A program made the position numbers and the translations under genes. The notes beneath the pieces are model-generated. The model was given only the letters and a program-made list of their open reading frames with translations, had not been told where the DNA came from and ran no database searches. Below are positions 50,650 to 60,080 of a stretch of DNA of 64,000 nucleotides, piece after piece (the stretch's first letter is position 1; the number at the start of each line of letters is the position of its first letter). The DNA is from Bdellovibrionales bacterium (GTDB lineage Bacteria > Bdellovibrionota > Bdellovibrionia > Bdellovibrionales > UBA1609): contig CBDBIB010000001.1 in assembly GCA_965205945.1 (NCBI GenBank), positions 224,001-288,000 on the forward strand, given 5' to 3'.

Positions 50650-52419
50650 CTAAGATCTAATACCATATAAACAACTATAAAGCTTTTTATTATTAAGGAG
50701 TTTTAAGTGTGTTCCAGATTCAATTATTTGGCCATCCTTTAAAACAAGAATAATATCAGCATTCTTCACGGTAGAAAGTCTATGAGCTATAACAAAGCAA
50801 GTGCGCCCTTCTTTTAAAGAATCGAGTCCTTTTTGGACCTCTTTTTCACTTTGTGTATCAAGAGCGCTTGTGGCTTCATCAAGTAGTAAAATAGGAGCAT
50901 TTTTAATAAGCGCTCTAGCAATACTAATACGTTGGCGCTCGCCCCCTGAAAAACGAGAGCCTGCCTCACCTACTTGTGTATGTATACTGTTTGGAAGGTT
51001 TAAAATAAAATGAGCATTTGAAAGCTTTAAGGCTTTAATAGCCTCCTCTTCTGTAAGATTATTTTTTGCATATTTAAGATTTTTAAAAACACTAGTGTTA
51101 AATAAAAACGGATCTTGTGAAACTAATGAAATATGATCTCTTAGAGAAATACTATTTATTTCAGATATTGGAGTATCGTTAAAAAGTATAGTTCCAGAGC
51201 TTGGAGTTATGTAACTGTCTATACAATTTAAAAGAGTAGATTTTCCAGCGCCACTTGGTCCAACAAGAGCGATAGTTTTTTTGGAAAAAGTTTTAAAGTT
51301 AATACTTTTCAAAATATTTTTTGACCCAATGGAAATATTTAAATTTTTAAATTCAATAGAGTTTAAAAAATCTGGGAAATCTTTTAAACCCATAAAATAT
51401 TTTGTATTCTCATGTTGGCTAATAATCTTTTGAATACGAACTTTTGCCACTAAAGCTTGTTGAATACGAATAAACGCAGTCTGTGTTTTTTTTGAAGCAT
51501 CAGTTAAGAATCCAACAGCTGCAGAAATCCCTAAAAAATCTCCAAAATTTAAACCCTCACTATCAACAAGGTATGCAACTAATATAAAGGATCCGCAAAA
51601 AACAATAGATGAAAAAGACTCTGTAATAGGACCTGATAGTTCTTCACGAGTAATAATTTTTTTTATAGTATGTAAATACTTTTGAGTCAGAGCACTAAAT
51701 TTTTTAAGAATGTTTTTTTCAAGGTTAAAAGAATGAATAATTCGTGCACCATCTAGTCCCTCTTTTAGAGTCATTGTAACAGTTTCCATGGTTTCCTGGC
51801 TTTGAAGGCTATGTTTTCTAAGACTTTTTGCAAGACGTTTTATAACAATTAAAATAGGTGGAAGAGCAATTAGTAAGAAAAAAGCCACCTTCCAGTTAAT
51901 TATAAAAAGCCAAGCAATGGAGAAAAGTATTAAAAAAGGCTCCTTTAATAAATCAGCAAGTTTTTTAATGCCCTCTTGATAAATCATAACATCATTTAAA
52001 ATTCTACTAATAAGTCCACCAGAGCCATCACTCAAAGAATTTTTAAATTTTGTGTCTAAAGAAAGGTAATGAGCCATGAGCTGCTCTCTGGTGTTAACAG
52101 CCTTAGTCTCTGCTAAGGTACGGATATTATACATAAAAATATATCTAAATATATTTGCAATAATAAAAGAAAGACATAAGAGCGAAACTGAAAAATATAA
52201 CGGATCCCAGTTGTATTTAGTGTGCAGAGCAAATATGCTTAAATCAGGTAAGTCTTTAATAGGAGCGCTTGAGGTTTTAAATATCAAATTTCCAAGAACT
52301 TGGATTAAACCTGTAGCACTAGCTTTAAAAGCACTTGAAAGAGCACCACATAAAATAATTAAGAACATAATTTTTTTATGTTTTTTTAAATCTGCAAACA
52401 TGCTTAGAATGGAGTTCAA
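50650..52419 (-). CDS. MsbA-like ABC exporter (TMD + NBD)
   Basis: Motifs GPSGAGKST, FSGGERQR, LLLDEATSALD and IAHRLST. Confidence 0.92.
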   Translation of the reverse strand: MNSILSMFADLKKHKKIMFLIILCGALSSAFKASATGLIQVLGNLIFKTSSAPIKDLPDLSIFALHTKYNWDPLYFSVSLLCLSFIIANIFRYIFMYNIRTLAETKAVNTREQLMAHYLSLDTKFKNSLSDGSGGLISRILNDVMIYQEGIKKLADLLKEPFLILFSIAWLFIINWKVAFFLLIALPPILIVIKRLAKSLRKHSLQSQETMETVTMTLKEGLDGARIIHSFNLEKNILKKFSALTQKYLHTIKKIITREELSGPITESFSSIVFCGSFILVAYLVDSEGLNFGDFLGISAAVGFLTDASKKTQTAFIRIQQALVAKVRIQKIISQHENTKYFMGLKDFPDFLNSIEFKNLNISIGSKNILKSINFKTFSKKTIALVGPSGAGKSTLLNCIDSYITPSSGTILFNDTPISEINSISLRDHISLVSQDPFLFNTSVFKNLKYAKNNLTEEEAIKALKLSNAHFILNLPNSIHTQVGEAGSRFSGGERQRISIARALIKNAPILLLDEATSALDTQSEKEVQKGLDSLKEGRTCFVIAHRLSTVKNADIILVLKDGQIIESGTHLKLLNNKKLYSCLYGIRS

Positions 52420-55220
52420 ACTACAGAGGTCCTTTTTTTAATATTAATATGTTCTTTTAAATACTTACCGGTATAAGTCTTAGTCTTACAAATGTCTAGG
52501 GGATGTCCAAAACTGGTAATATTTCCTCCTCTAAAACCTGCTTCAGGGCCTATATCTATGACCCAGTCACTACTAGCTATAATATCAAGATTGTGCTCAA
52601 TAATGATCAAAGAAGCTCCCCCAGATGTTAGTTTATCAAAAACTTTTAACAAGAGTTTAATTTCTTTAAAATGAAGACCCGTAGAGGGTTCATCAAAAAT
52701 TAAAATACGCCCGTTTAGATCAGAGGAAAGTAGGTACTTAGAAAGCTTAAGCCTCTGACTCTCTCCTCCACTTAAAGTATCTAAGGACTGTCCAAACCGT
52801 AAATAGCCAAGACCCAACTCTTCTAAGATTTTTAACGGCTTAATCAAACTTTTTTCTGTTGAAAAAAAACTCAGCGCCTCTGAGCATGTAAGTTCTAATA
52901 TTTCACACACATTCTTACCATTATACTGTATTTTTAAAACATCAGGCGTGTATTTTAAACCCGAGCATAAATCACAAGGTAGGCATATATCATCCATAAA
53001 AAGCATTTCGATTTGGTTAACTCCTAAACCCTTACAGCTAGGACATCGACCCCCATCAGTGTTTAAACTAAATGTGCCAGGTGTATACCCTAAAATTCTA
53101 GATTGCGCAGTATTAGATAAAATTTTTCTAACCAAATCAAAAACTTTAAGATAGGTAGCAACAAAAGATCTTTTGGATTTAGAAACACGCCTTTGATCCA
53201 CAAAATCAATAGATTTACATACGCTTGGAAGGGTTAGTTTTTTATATGGTAATGAGTCTGGTTGGTGCTCTTTTAAAAAAATTTTTAACACTGCAGGGTA
53301 AAGAGTTTGTGTAATAAGACTTGATTTTCCAGACCCGCTTACGCCAGTAATACAGATCATTTTTTCAATGGGTAGTTTTAAACAAATATTTTTTAAATTA
53401 TGACCATGGCATCCCGATATACAAATAAAAGGCGAAATGTCTTTTAACCTTTTTTTTAAAGAAAAAGTTTTTTTATCGCCACTTAAATAAGAAGATGTCA
53501 AAGATTTTTTACTTTTTAAAAACCTTGCGCGTGTGCCAGAAAAAATGATTTCCCCTCCATTTTTCCCACTTTCAGGGCCAATTTCAAAAATATACTGACC
53601 AGCTTTAATAACCTCTTTGTCATGCTCGACTACAACTAATGTATTCTTATTGTTGTGTAGTTTTTTAAGAAGTTTGATGAGTTTAGTGTTGTCTCTTGGA
53701 TGAAGTCCAATAGTGGGCTCATCTAAAACATATAAAGTGTCTGATAATTCAGAGCCTAGTTGATTAGAAATGTTTAAACGTTGAAATTCTCCTCCTGATA
53801 AAGTTTTAGTTTCTCTTAAAAGCGTTAAGTAACTTAACCCAATATTGTTTAAAAAAGATATACGATTTATAATTTCTTTAAACAACTCTTTTGTTTGTAT
53901 TCGTGTATTGTTGTTAAGTTTTAAATTCTCCAACCAATTTAAAAAATCTATTATTGATAGGTTACAAACAGCACCAATACTTTTATTGTTGATTTTAACT
54001 TGATTGATCTTTGGATTAAGTCTAAAGCCACTGCAATAGGTGCATGTACTTGAGCTTTTAAAACGACTTAAAAACACTCTAACATGCATTTTGTATGTTT
54101 TAGTTTCAAGATAATCAAAAAAACCTTGAATACAAGGCCTTTTTTTCTGCCCTCTCCAGACTAAGTTTTTCTCACTCTTTGAAAGATTCTTCCATGGAGT
54201 GTTTAAATTAATATTTCTAGATTTACAAAATTCTAAAAGTTGTGAACGTTGTTTAACTGCTGAGGGCATATTATATGGAACTATAGCGCCATCTTGAATA
54301 CTTAAGGACTCATTGGGAATAATTTTTTTTTCATCCAAGCAAAGCTGATTCCCAAAACCTCTACATTCAGGACAAGCCCCTGCAGCATTATTAAAAGAAA
54401 AAAGAGAGGGACTAAGATCCCAAAAAACTTCATTGCATTGACTACACGAAAGGATATCCTTAAACACTAAAACATCTTTTTTAGTTGAAATAACAGAGGC
54501 TTCTTTAAGACCAAATAAATCTTTAGAAAGCTGAAAAGCTTGAGAAAGACCATCAAAAATACGCAATTTAGAATCTTTATTTACGCTTAATCTATCTATA
54601 ATAATATGATAATGATCCTTACATGTACAAAAAGAATCAAATTCAAGATTTAAAGTTTTAACTACAACATGATTATAATCTACCTGAAGTACTTTATAAA
54701 AACCGAGTTTAAGCAGTTTATTTTTAAGTTTGGTGAGTTCTAAAATTTTTGACCGCTTAATTAAGCAGGTTATGTAAATTTGCTTATCTTTGAGCTGATT
54801 TAAAACTTGAGTTGTTGAGTTTGAAGCATCAAATTTTCTCATTTCAATATTATGATTCGGGCAAAACGGTTTTCCTACCTTTGAAAAAAAAATTCGAATA
54901 TAATCATATATATCAGTATGAGTTCCAACTGTAGATCTTGACGATCTAATAGAGTTGCGTTGTTCAAGAGCAATTGCAGGAGGAATATTTTGAGCTGAAT
55001 TAAGCAATGGTTTTTTTGCCTGTCCAACAAACTGTTTTGCATAATTTGAAAGACTTTCTAAATAACGTCGTTGACCTTCAGCAAAAAGAGTTTGAAAGGC
55101 TAGTGAGCTTTTTCCTGACCCGCTTGGACCGCAAATGACGACAAAAGAACCTATAGGAATTTTAAAATCTATGTTTTTTAAATTATTCTGCTTAATACCT
55201 TTAAGAATAATGTTCTTCAT
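52416..55220 (-). CDS. uvrA: Excinuclease ABC subunit UvrA
   Basis: Motifs GPSGSGKSSLAF and EGQRRYLESLS; two LSGGE signatures; Zn-finger CxxC pairs. Confidence 0.93.
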   Translation of the reverse strand: MKNIILKGIKQNNLKNIDFKIPIGSFVVICGPSGSGKSSLAFQTLFAEGQRRYLESLSNYAKQFVGQAKKPLLNSAQNIPPAIALEQRNSIRSSRSTVGTHTDIYDYIRIFFSKVGKPFCPNHNIEMRKFDASNSTTQVLNQLKDKQIYITCLIKRSKILELTKLKNKLLKLGFYKVLQVDYNHVVVKTLNLEFDSFCTCKDHYHIIIDRLSVNKDSKLRIFDGLSQAFQLSKDLFGLKEASVISTKKDVLVFKDILSCSQCNEVFWDLSPSLFSFNNAAGACPECRGFGNQLCLDEKKIIPNESLSIQDGAIVPYNMPSAVKQRSQLLEFCKSRNINLNTPWKNLSKSEKNLVWRGQKKRPCIQGFFDYLETKTYKMHVRVFLSRFKSSSTCTYCSGFRLNPKINQVKINNKSIGAVCNLSIIDFLNWLENLKLNNNTRIQTKELFKEIINRISFLNNIGLSYLTLLRETKTLSGGEFQRLNISNQLGSELSDTLYVLDEPTIGLHPRDNTKLIKLLKKLHNNKNTLVVVEHDKEVIKAGQYIFEIGPESGKNGGEIIFSGTRARFLKSKKSLTSSYLSGDKKTFSLKKRLKDISPFICISGCHGHNLKNICLKLPIEKMICITGVSGSGKSSLITQTLYPAVLKIFLKEHQPDSLPYKKLTLPSVCKSIDFVDQRRVSKSKRSFVATYLKVFDLVRKILSNTAQSRILGYTPGTFSLNTDGGRCPSCKGLGVNQIEMLFMDDICLPCDLCSGLKYTPDVLKIQYNGKNVCEILELTCSEALSFFSTEKSLIKPLKILEELGLGYLRFGQSLDTLSGGESQRLKLSKYLLSSDLNGRILIFDEPSTGLHFKEIKLLLKVFDKLTSGGASLIIIEHNLDIIASSDWVIDIGPEAGFRGGNITSFGHPLDICKTKTYTGKYLKEHINIKKRTSVV

Positions 55221-55222
55221 TT

Positions 55223-57880
55223 TTACTCATCTAAATCTTCCATAAACAAATCTTTTGCATCTACCTCAGTATGAGTACTGCTTTCTTTAGAAGGTTCAAA
55301 GTTTTCACGAAAGGCTTGCCTTGCAACACGCTCTGTTTTAGCCCCTGCAAGTTTTCCCGTGTCCTCATCAATATTTGAAAAAACAATTCCTAAAGGAACT
55401 CTAAAATCTTCTTTTGGAAGATTTTTATGTGCTTTTAACATATAATCAATCCAAACTGGGAGAGCAGCTCTCCCCCCAACCTCACCCTTACCTAAACCTC
55501 GCTCATTATCAAATCCAATCCAAACACCAGTTACAATTTGTGGTGTGTATCCTATAAACCAAGCATCATAATAAGCATTGGTAGTTCCAGTCTTACCTGC
55601 TACAGGACGCCTTAAAACTCTTGCCTTAGCTGCGGTTCCTTTTGAACCATAAATAACATCGGAAAGAATATTTGTTATAATATATGCTGTTTGAGGTGTG
55701 ATCAATTGTGTAGAGGTGTTTTCTGGAAAGACTTTTCTTTGATCTCCAAATTTCATTTCCTGAAAAGTGACTTTCTCAAATATTTCTTTAGAAGCTTTAA
55801 TTTTTTCTTTAAAACGTTTATCAAACCTATAGTCCTCTAAGAGCGTATTGCCGTTTTGATCTTTAACAGAGTGAATAAGTATTGGTGAAATTTCTTTTCC
55901 TAAACGACCAAAATGTGAATAAATCTTTGTCATTTCATAAAGGGTTAAACCACTTGATCCAAGGGCTGCAGTAAGATCACTATTTAATGGAGAAAAAGCT
56001 CCAAGGCGACGAGCATAGTTTAAAGCCCAGGGCACAGATATTTTAGTGATAACTTCAATTGTAGGAGCATTTAATGATCGAACTAGCGCATCCCTAAAAA
56101 TAACATCTCCACTAAAATATCCAGAATGATTAGAAGGTTTATACTTTTTAATAAGAACGTCATCACTTCCCGCCTCTGGAGGAAGCTCCTCTTCAAATAC
56201 TCGTGGAATGTCTAAAATTTCAGTAACAGGAGTAAACCCATAATCTAAAGCTGAAGCATAGATAATAGGTTTAAACGCAGAGCCTGTTTGCCTTAAAGCC
56301 TGATAGGTTCTATTGTACTTACTCTTTTCAAAATCATAACCCCCAACCATGGTGATAATTTCGCTAGTTTTTTGATCAAAAGACAATAAAGCCCCTTGAA
56401 CAATGGGCTCTTGTTCAAGTTCCACCAGAGCGTGAGAGCCTATATGATCTACAATTTTTGTTTTTAAAATTTTTGAATCTTTAATTTTATCAGATATAAT
56501 TTTCACTTGTATAACATCACCGACTTTAAGTGCGTGGGAAGGTTTTTTTAAAAAAGCATATTTCCAATGAACTTCGCTATCCGGTTTTCTTGCCCACTTC
56601 ATAGAATCAAAAATTATAACGCCTCTGTGCTCTCCAAAACGTACAAAAGTAAGGCCCTCTTTATCTGAAACCTTAGTCACAATGGCATCAATAATATCAT
56701 TTTTTCTAATATAAGAAGGAAGATTAGGTTTTAAGCTAGCTTTATTGTCTTCTAAATTAATATTAAAAACAGTTAAGTTTAAAGGCTCTTTTATGGGACC
56801 AATAATTTCACCCTCTAAGTCAATTTCAATTTTTTTATAAAAATTTTGAATAAAAGCATCCCTAGATTTACTTAAAAAAGCTTTAACCTCATCAATGGTG
56901 TTATAGTTTGTTTTTGCTCCTCTAAAACCTTGCCGTTTATCTAGTTCATGAAGTCCTTTTTTAATCGCATCTTGTGCAGCCTGTTGTTTTTCTAAATCTA
57001 AGGAGGTTTTAATAATGAGCCCATCTTGTAAGAGGGCTTCATCGCCAATTTCATCAGAGAGAACCTGTCTTACTACTTCAACAAAATATGGTGCTATGGC
57101 TTTAACTTTTTGTTTAATGTAAACAGTTAGGTTTTCATTTACTGCACTTTTAGCATCCTCTTTAGAAATATATCCCTCCTCAGCCATTCTAAAAAGAACG
57201 TAGTGTTGCCGTCTTTTAGCGGCCTTTGGATTTTTAAGAGGAGAATTTTTTGAAGGACGGCTTGTAAGACCAGCAAGAAGAGCAGCTTCCTTTATGGTAA
57301 TCTCATCCACATTTTTGTTAAAATAAGTTTGAGCTGCCATTCCAACACCGTAGGCACCCTCGCCTAAATAAATATGGTTTAAATATAGATTTAGAATCTT
57401 ATCTTTTGAATATTTAAGTTCCAGTCTTTTAGCTAAGATAGCTTCCTTAATTTTTCTTTCATAAGAACGTTCGTCAGTTAAAAAAATTTGTTTTACCACC
57501 TGCTGGGTTATAGTGGATCCACCCTGTACAGTTTTTCCTGCAAAAAAGTTTTTAATAGCAGCTCGAAGAATAGCTTGATAGTTAATTCCATTATGTGAAT
57601 AAAAATTAGAATCTTCAGCTGATATGAAAGCTTGCTCTAAATGATTAGGAATATTCTCCTCAGAAACAAGAGTTCTTCTTTCAATATTAAAAAATTCACC
57701 AACTTGTTTTTCATTGCGGTCTAAAACTTTAGTAACTTCATTTGGGTTATACTCATCAAGCTTTGCAACGTCAGGTAGTCCTTTTGAAAACCAAAAATAA
57801 GCACCAAAAACTAAGACTCCGCCAATAACCACACAGAGAACACAAAATCCTAAAAAACACTTGAGTAGAATTTTACCCAT
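55223..57880 (-). CDS. mrcA: Penicillin-binding protein 1A (bifunctional)
   Basis: Transglycosylase motifs AED and GGSTITQQ; transpeptidase motifs SAFK, SLN and KTGT. Confidence 0.93.
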   Translation of the reverse strand: MGKILLKCFLGFCVLCVVIGGVLVFGAYFWFSKGLPDVAKLDEYNPNEVTKVLDRNEKQVGEFFNIERRTLVSEENIPNHLEQAFISAEDSNFYSHNGINYQAILRAAIKNFFAGKTVQGGSTITQQVVKQIFLTDERSYERKIKEAILAKRLELKYSKDKILNLYLNHIYLGEGAYGVGMAAQTYFNKNVDEITIKEAALLAGLTSRPSKNSPLKNPKAAKRRQHYVLFRMAEEGYISKEDAKSAVNENLTVYIKQKVKAIAPYFVEVVRQVLSDEIGDEALLQDGLIIKTSLDLEKQQAAQDAIKKGLHELDKRQGFRGAKTNYNTIDEVKAFLSKSRDAFIQNFYKKIEIDLEGEIIGPIKEPLNLTVFNINLEDNKASLKPNLPSYIRKNDIIDAIVTKVSDKEGLTFVRFGEHRGVIIFDSMKWARKPDSEVHWKYAFLKKPSHALKVGDVIQVKIISDKIKDSKILKTKIVDHIGSHALVELEQEPIVQGALLSFDQKTSEIITMVGGYDFEKSKYNRTYQALRQTGSAFKPIIYASALDYGFTPVTEILDIPRVFEEELPPEAGSDDVLIKKYKPSNHSGYFSGDVIFRDALVRSLNAPTIEVITKISVPWALNYARRLGAFSPLNSDLTAALGSSGLTLYEMTKIYSHFGRLGKEISPILIHSVKDQNGNTLLEDYRFDKRFKEKIKASKEIFEKVTFQEMKFGDQRKVFPENTSTQLITPQTAYIITNILSDVIYGSKGTAAKARVLRRPVAGKTGTTNAYYDAWFIGYTPQIVTGVWIGFDNERGLGKGEVGGRAALPVWIDYMLKAHKNLPKEDFRVPLGIVFSNIDEDTGKLAGAKTERVARQAFRENFEPSKESSTHTEVDAKDLFMEDLDE

Positions 57881-57947
57881 AAAAACCCCTTAAATAAGAT
57901 ACTACTGTTTAAGAAGGGGCGGTGTATAGTTTTTTAGTTAAAAATCA

Positions 57948-59264
57948 TTAGTTTTTATTAATAGAACTAGAAACACTTTTAAACTGCTGTATAATTGAAT
58001 TGCAACCACTGTTATTTCTTTTAGCATCTTTAAGTTGAATACGTAGCGCATTTGCTTCATTAAAAGCATCAATTTTAGACTTAGAAGCCACTGTTATACT
58101 AGGCGCTGATGAGTCCCTCAGATTTGAAGCGGTATGAATTATAGCGCGGTTAGACTCTACTCCAGCCTTTCTTTTAGCAGCTTCTAGCTCTATTTGAGTA
58201 CTTAAAATATTTGATTGAATAAAAGACCCTTTAGAGCTAGCAGCAAGAGATTCGTTTTCAATATTTTTTAAAGCTCTTAAATATTCACTAACAGCTTGAG
58301 CTTGTAAAACATTTAGACTTCCTAAAGTTTTAATTTTTTCAGCTTTAACTTTAGCTCGCTGTTGTTTAAATCTAGTTAATTCTCTCTTGATAATAGACCT
58401 TTTACTCTTAATAATACGTTGTTCAAAACTGTACTGTGACCCAAAGCCTGTTCTATCTCCATTTTTTGTGTATAAAGCTGTACAATTCCTAAGGTATCGA
58501 TTGTATTTAAGAGTGCCAGCATCATTAATACTTAAACCTGTACGGCTTATAAGTTGTGCGTGCGTTAAATATCTTTTTTGCTTATTTATGCTTACTGTTG
58601 TAATATATTCTGACCTTATTTTCTCAGCACTTTCACGACACTTCATTTCATTTTCTAAAACGAATTTTCTTAAACCTAATTGAAGTAAATCAAGCTCATC
58701 GTACTTTTGAGCTATGTTGTTAGTAATCACTTCCATCTTATTAATTTCAACTTGTAAAGCACTTGTTCGAGCAGAAGAAATTTCTGCTAATGTTTTTTCA
58801 AGCTTTGAATGAGCCTCTAGTTTACCACGAGCAATACCAAGAGATTTCTGAGTAAGCTCTTCATAATCTATTTGCAGATTATTCATACGATCTCTAATTC
58901 TATCAACTTTTTCCTCAGCCATTTTTAATTCATCTGTTGATGTTGCATTATTAAGACAGTAAGAATATTTTTTAGAATCTTTTTTAGAACAAACATCTAA
59001 ACGATCAGAACAGGTTTGCTCAACCATCCCTAACCCAGCTTTAGTACACGCTTTAATAAGATCTGTACGCGCTTGGTTTTCATTACGATTTAAGCCATCG
59101 CATCTATTTAGATTATATTGTCGATCGCTTATTTGACCAGTTGTCTGTGATAAGGTGTTCTGAGCAAATGATATATTGCAAATGAATATAAGCACCGATG
59201 CAAATAAAAAATGAACAATATTTATAGAAGATGTTAACCTTTTTGACAGTGTAGTAGCCTTCAT
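57948..59264 (-). CDS. Hypothetical secreted coiled-coil protein
   Basis: Signal-like N-terminus, Cys-containing N domain, long heptad-rich helices. Confidence 0.7.
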   Translation of the reverse strand: MKATTLSKRLTSSINIVHFLFASVLIFICNISFAQNTLSQTTGQISDRQYNLNRCDGLNRNENQARTDLIKACTKAGLGMVEQTCSDRLDVCSKKDSKKYSYCLNNATSTDELKMAEEKVDRIRDRMNNLQIDYEELTQKSLGIARGKLEAHSKLEKTLAEISSARTSALQVEINKMEVITNNIAQKYDELDLLQLGLRKFVLENEMKCRESAEKIRSEYITTVSINKQKRYLTHAQLISRTGLSINDAGTLKYNRYLRNCTALYTKNGDRTGFGSQYSFEQRIIKSKRSIIKRELTRFKQQRAKVKAEKIKTLGSLNVLQAQAVSEYLRALKNIENESLAASSKGSFIQSNILSTQIELEAAKRKAGVESNRAIIHTASNLRDSSAPSITVASKSKIDAFNEANALRIQLKDAKRNNSGCNSIIQQFKSVSSSINKN

Positions 59265-59305
59265 TTTGATTTCCCCCTTTAAATTACTTAAAACATAAAT
59301 TATGT

Positions 59306-59321
59306 AGCAAATGAAGTGCCA
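59306..59321 (-). promoter_or_regulatory. sigma-54 (-24/-12) promoter
   Basis: TGGCACTTCATTTGCT, about 40 nt upstream of ATG 59264. Confidence 0.75.
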
Positions 59322-59664
59322 ATTTTTGTCAAAACATTTATTTTAGTTTCATATAGGCATGGATAAGCACCGAATTTCTAAAAATAGGACTATTCACCTT
59401 AATTAGATTATAAGAATGATCTAATTAAAAAAATAAAGATCATCCAAATGGAGAAAATAATGCGCATAGAATTAAATGCCGATGAGAAGAATTTTAGAGT
59501 AGTGTTAATGGCATCTGATACTGGAGAAATATTTAATTTTTACACAAAACCACAATTTTCAAGCCTAACAGAAGAAGTTGTCTAAATTTGAGAAACAAGG
59601 TTATCAAATCAAACTCTGCCATAAAGCAACTTATATTGGCTTTTTATCAAAAAGAAAGCTTAAT

Positions 59665-60080
59665 GAGATAGACGCAACAAACAATCCAAGGCTACAACTT
59701 AAAGTTTGCAACCTGGCTGCCAATGCCTAAAACCTGAGCCCATGCACCCTGAGAGCTAGTCTCCTTAGACAATCAATAATTATCAGTCAACCTGGAATAA
59801 CAAAGCGGTTTGTATACATTAAATTAAGTTTATAATAGTTAGGTAACAATTCATCATAGCCACCCTAAACAAGCTTCTGCCAATACCTTACTGCTACGTC
59901 ATAATCCCTTTGAGTCCTGGTGGCAATTACACCCATATTAGCTGAGCCATAATTTGAATCTGTATTAATTAAAACATTGGTAGCACCACACCGGGGCTAA
60001 GGCCAAAATAACTCACACCACCTAAACATGCAGAGCCTCCCTAGTTAAGAAAGAGAAGGAGCCAAAGTATAGATCACACC
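59665..60080 (-). pseudogene. Decayed DUF1566 (Lcl/C-type-lectin-like) domain downstream of the fibre gene
   Basis: Hand translation across frameshifts gives AVRYWQKLV*GGYDELLPNYYKLNLMYTNRFVIPG and DNY*LSKETSSQGAWAQVLGIGSQVANFK..IVCCV. This resembles the pattern GGYDDWxLP..ELNLMY..YWSSTE..AW..VRCV. Confidence 0.65.

Noticed and set aside
5443..58683. Numerous 60-125-aa ORFs nested in or antisense to housekeeping genes (e.g. 9227, 21824, 34726, 44726, 52076, 58387)
   Set aside because: They overlap well-supported genes and show no family motifs.
59448..59585. 45-codon plus-strand ORF MEKIMRIELNADEK..
   Set aside because: Short, with no recognisable motif; it may be a remnant but cannot be supported.
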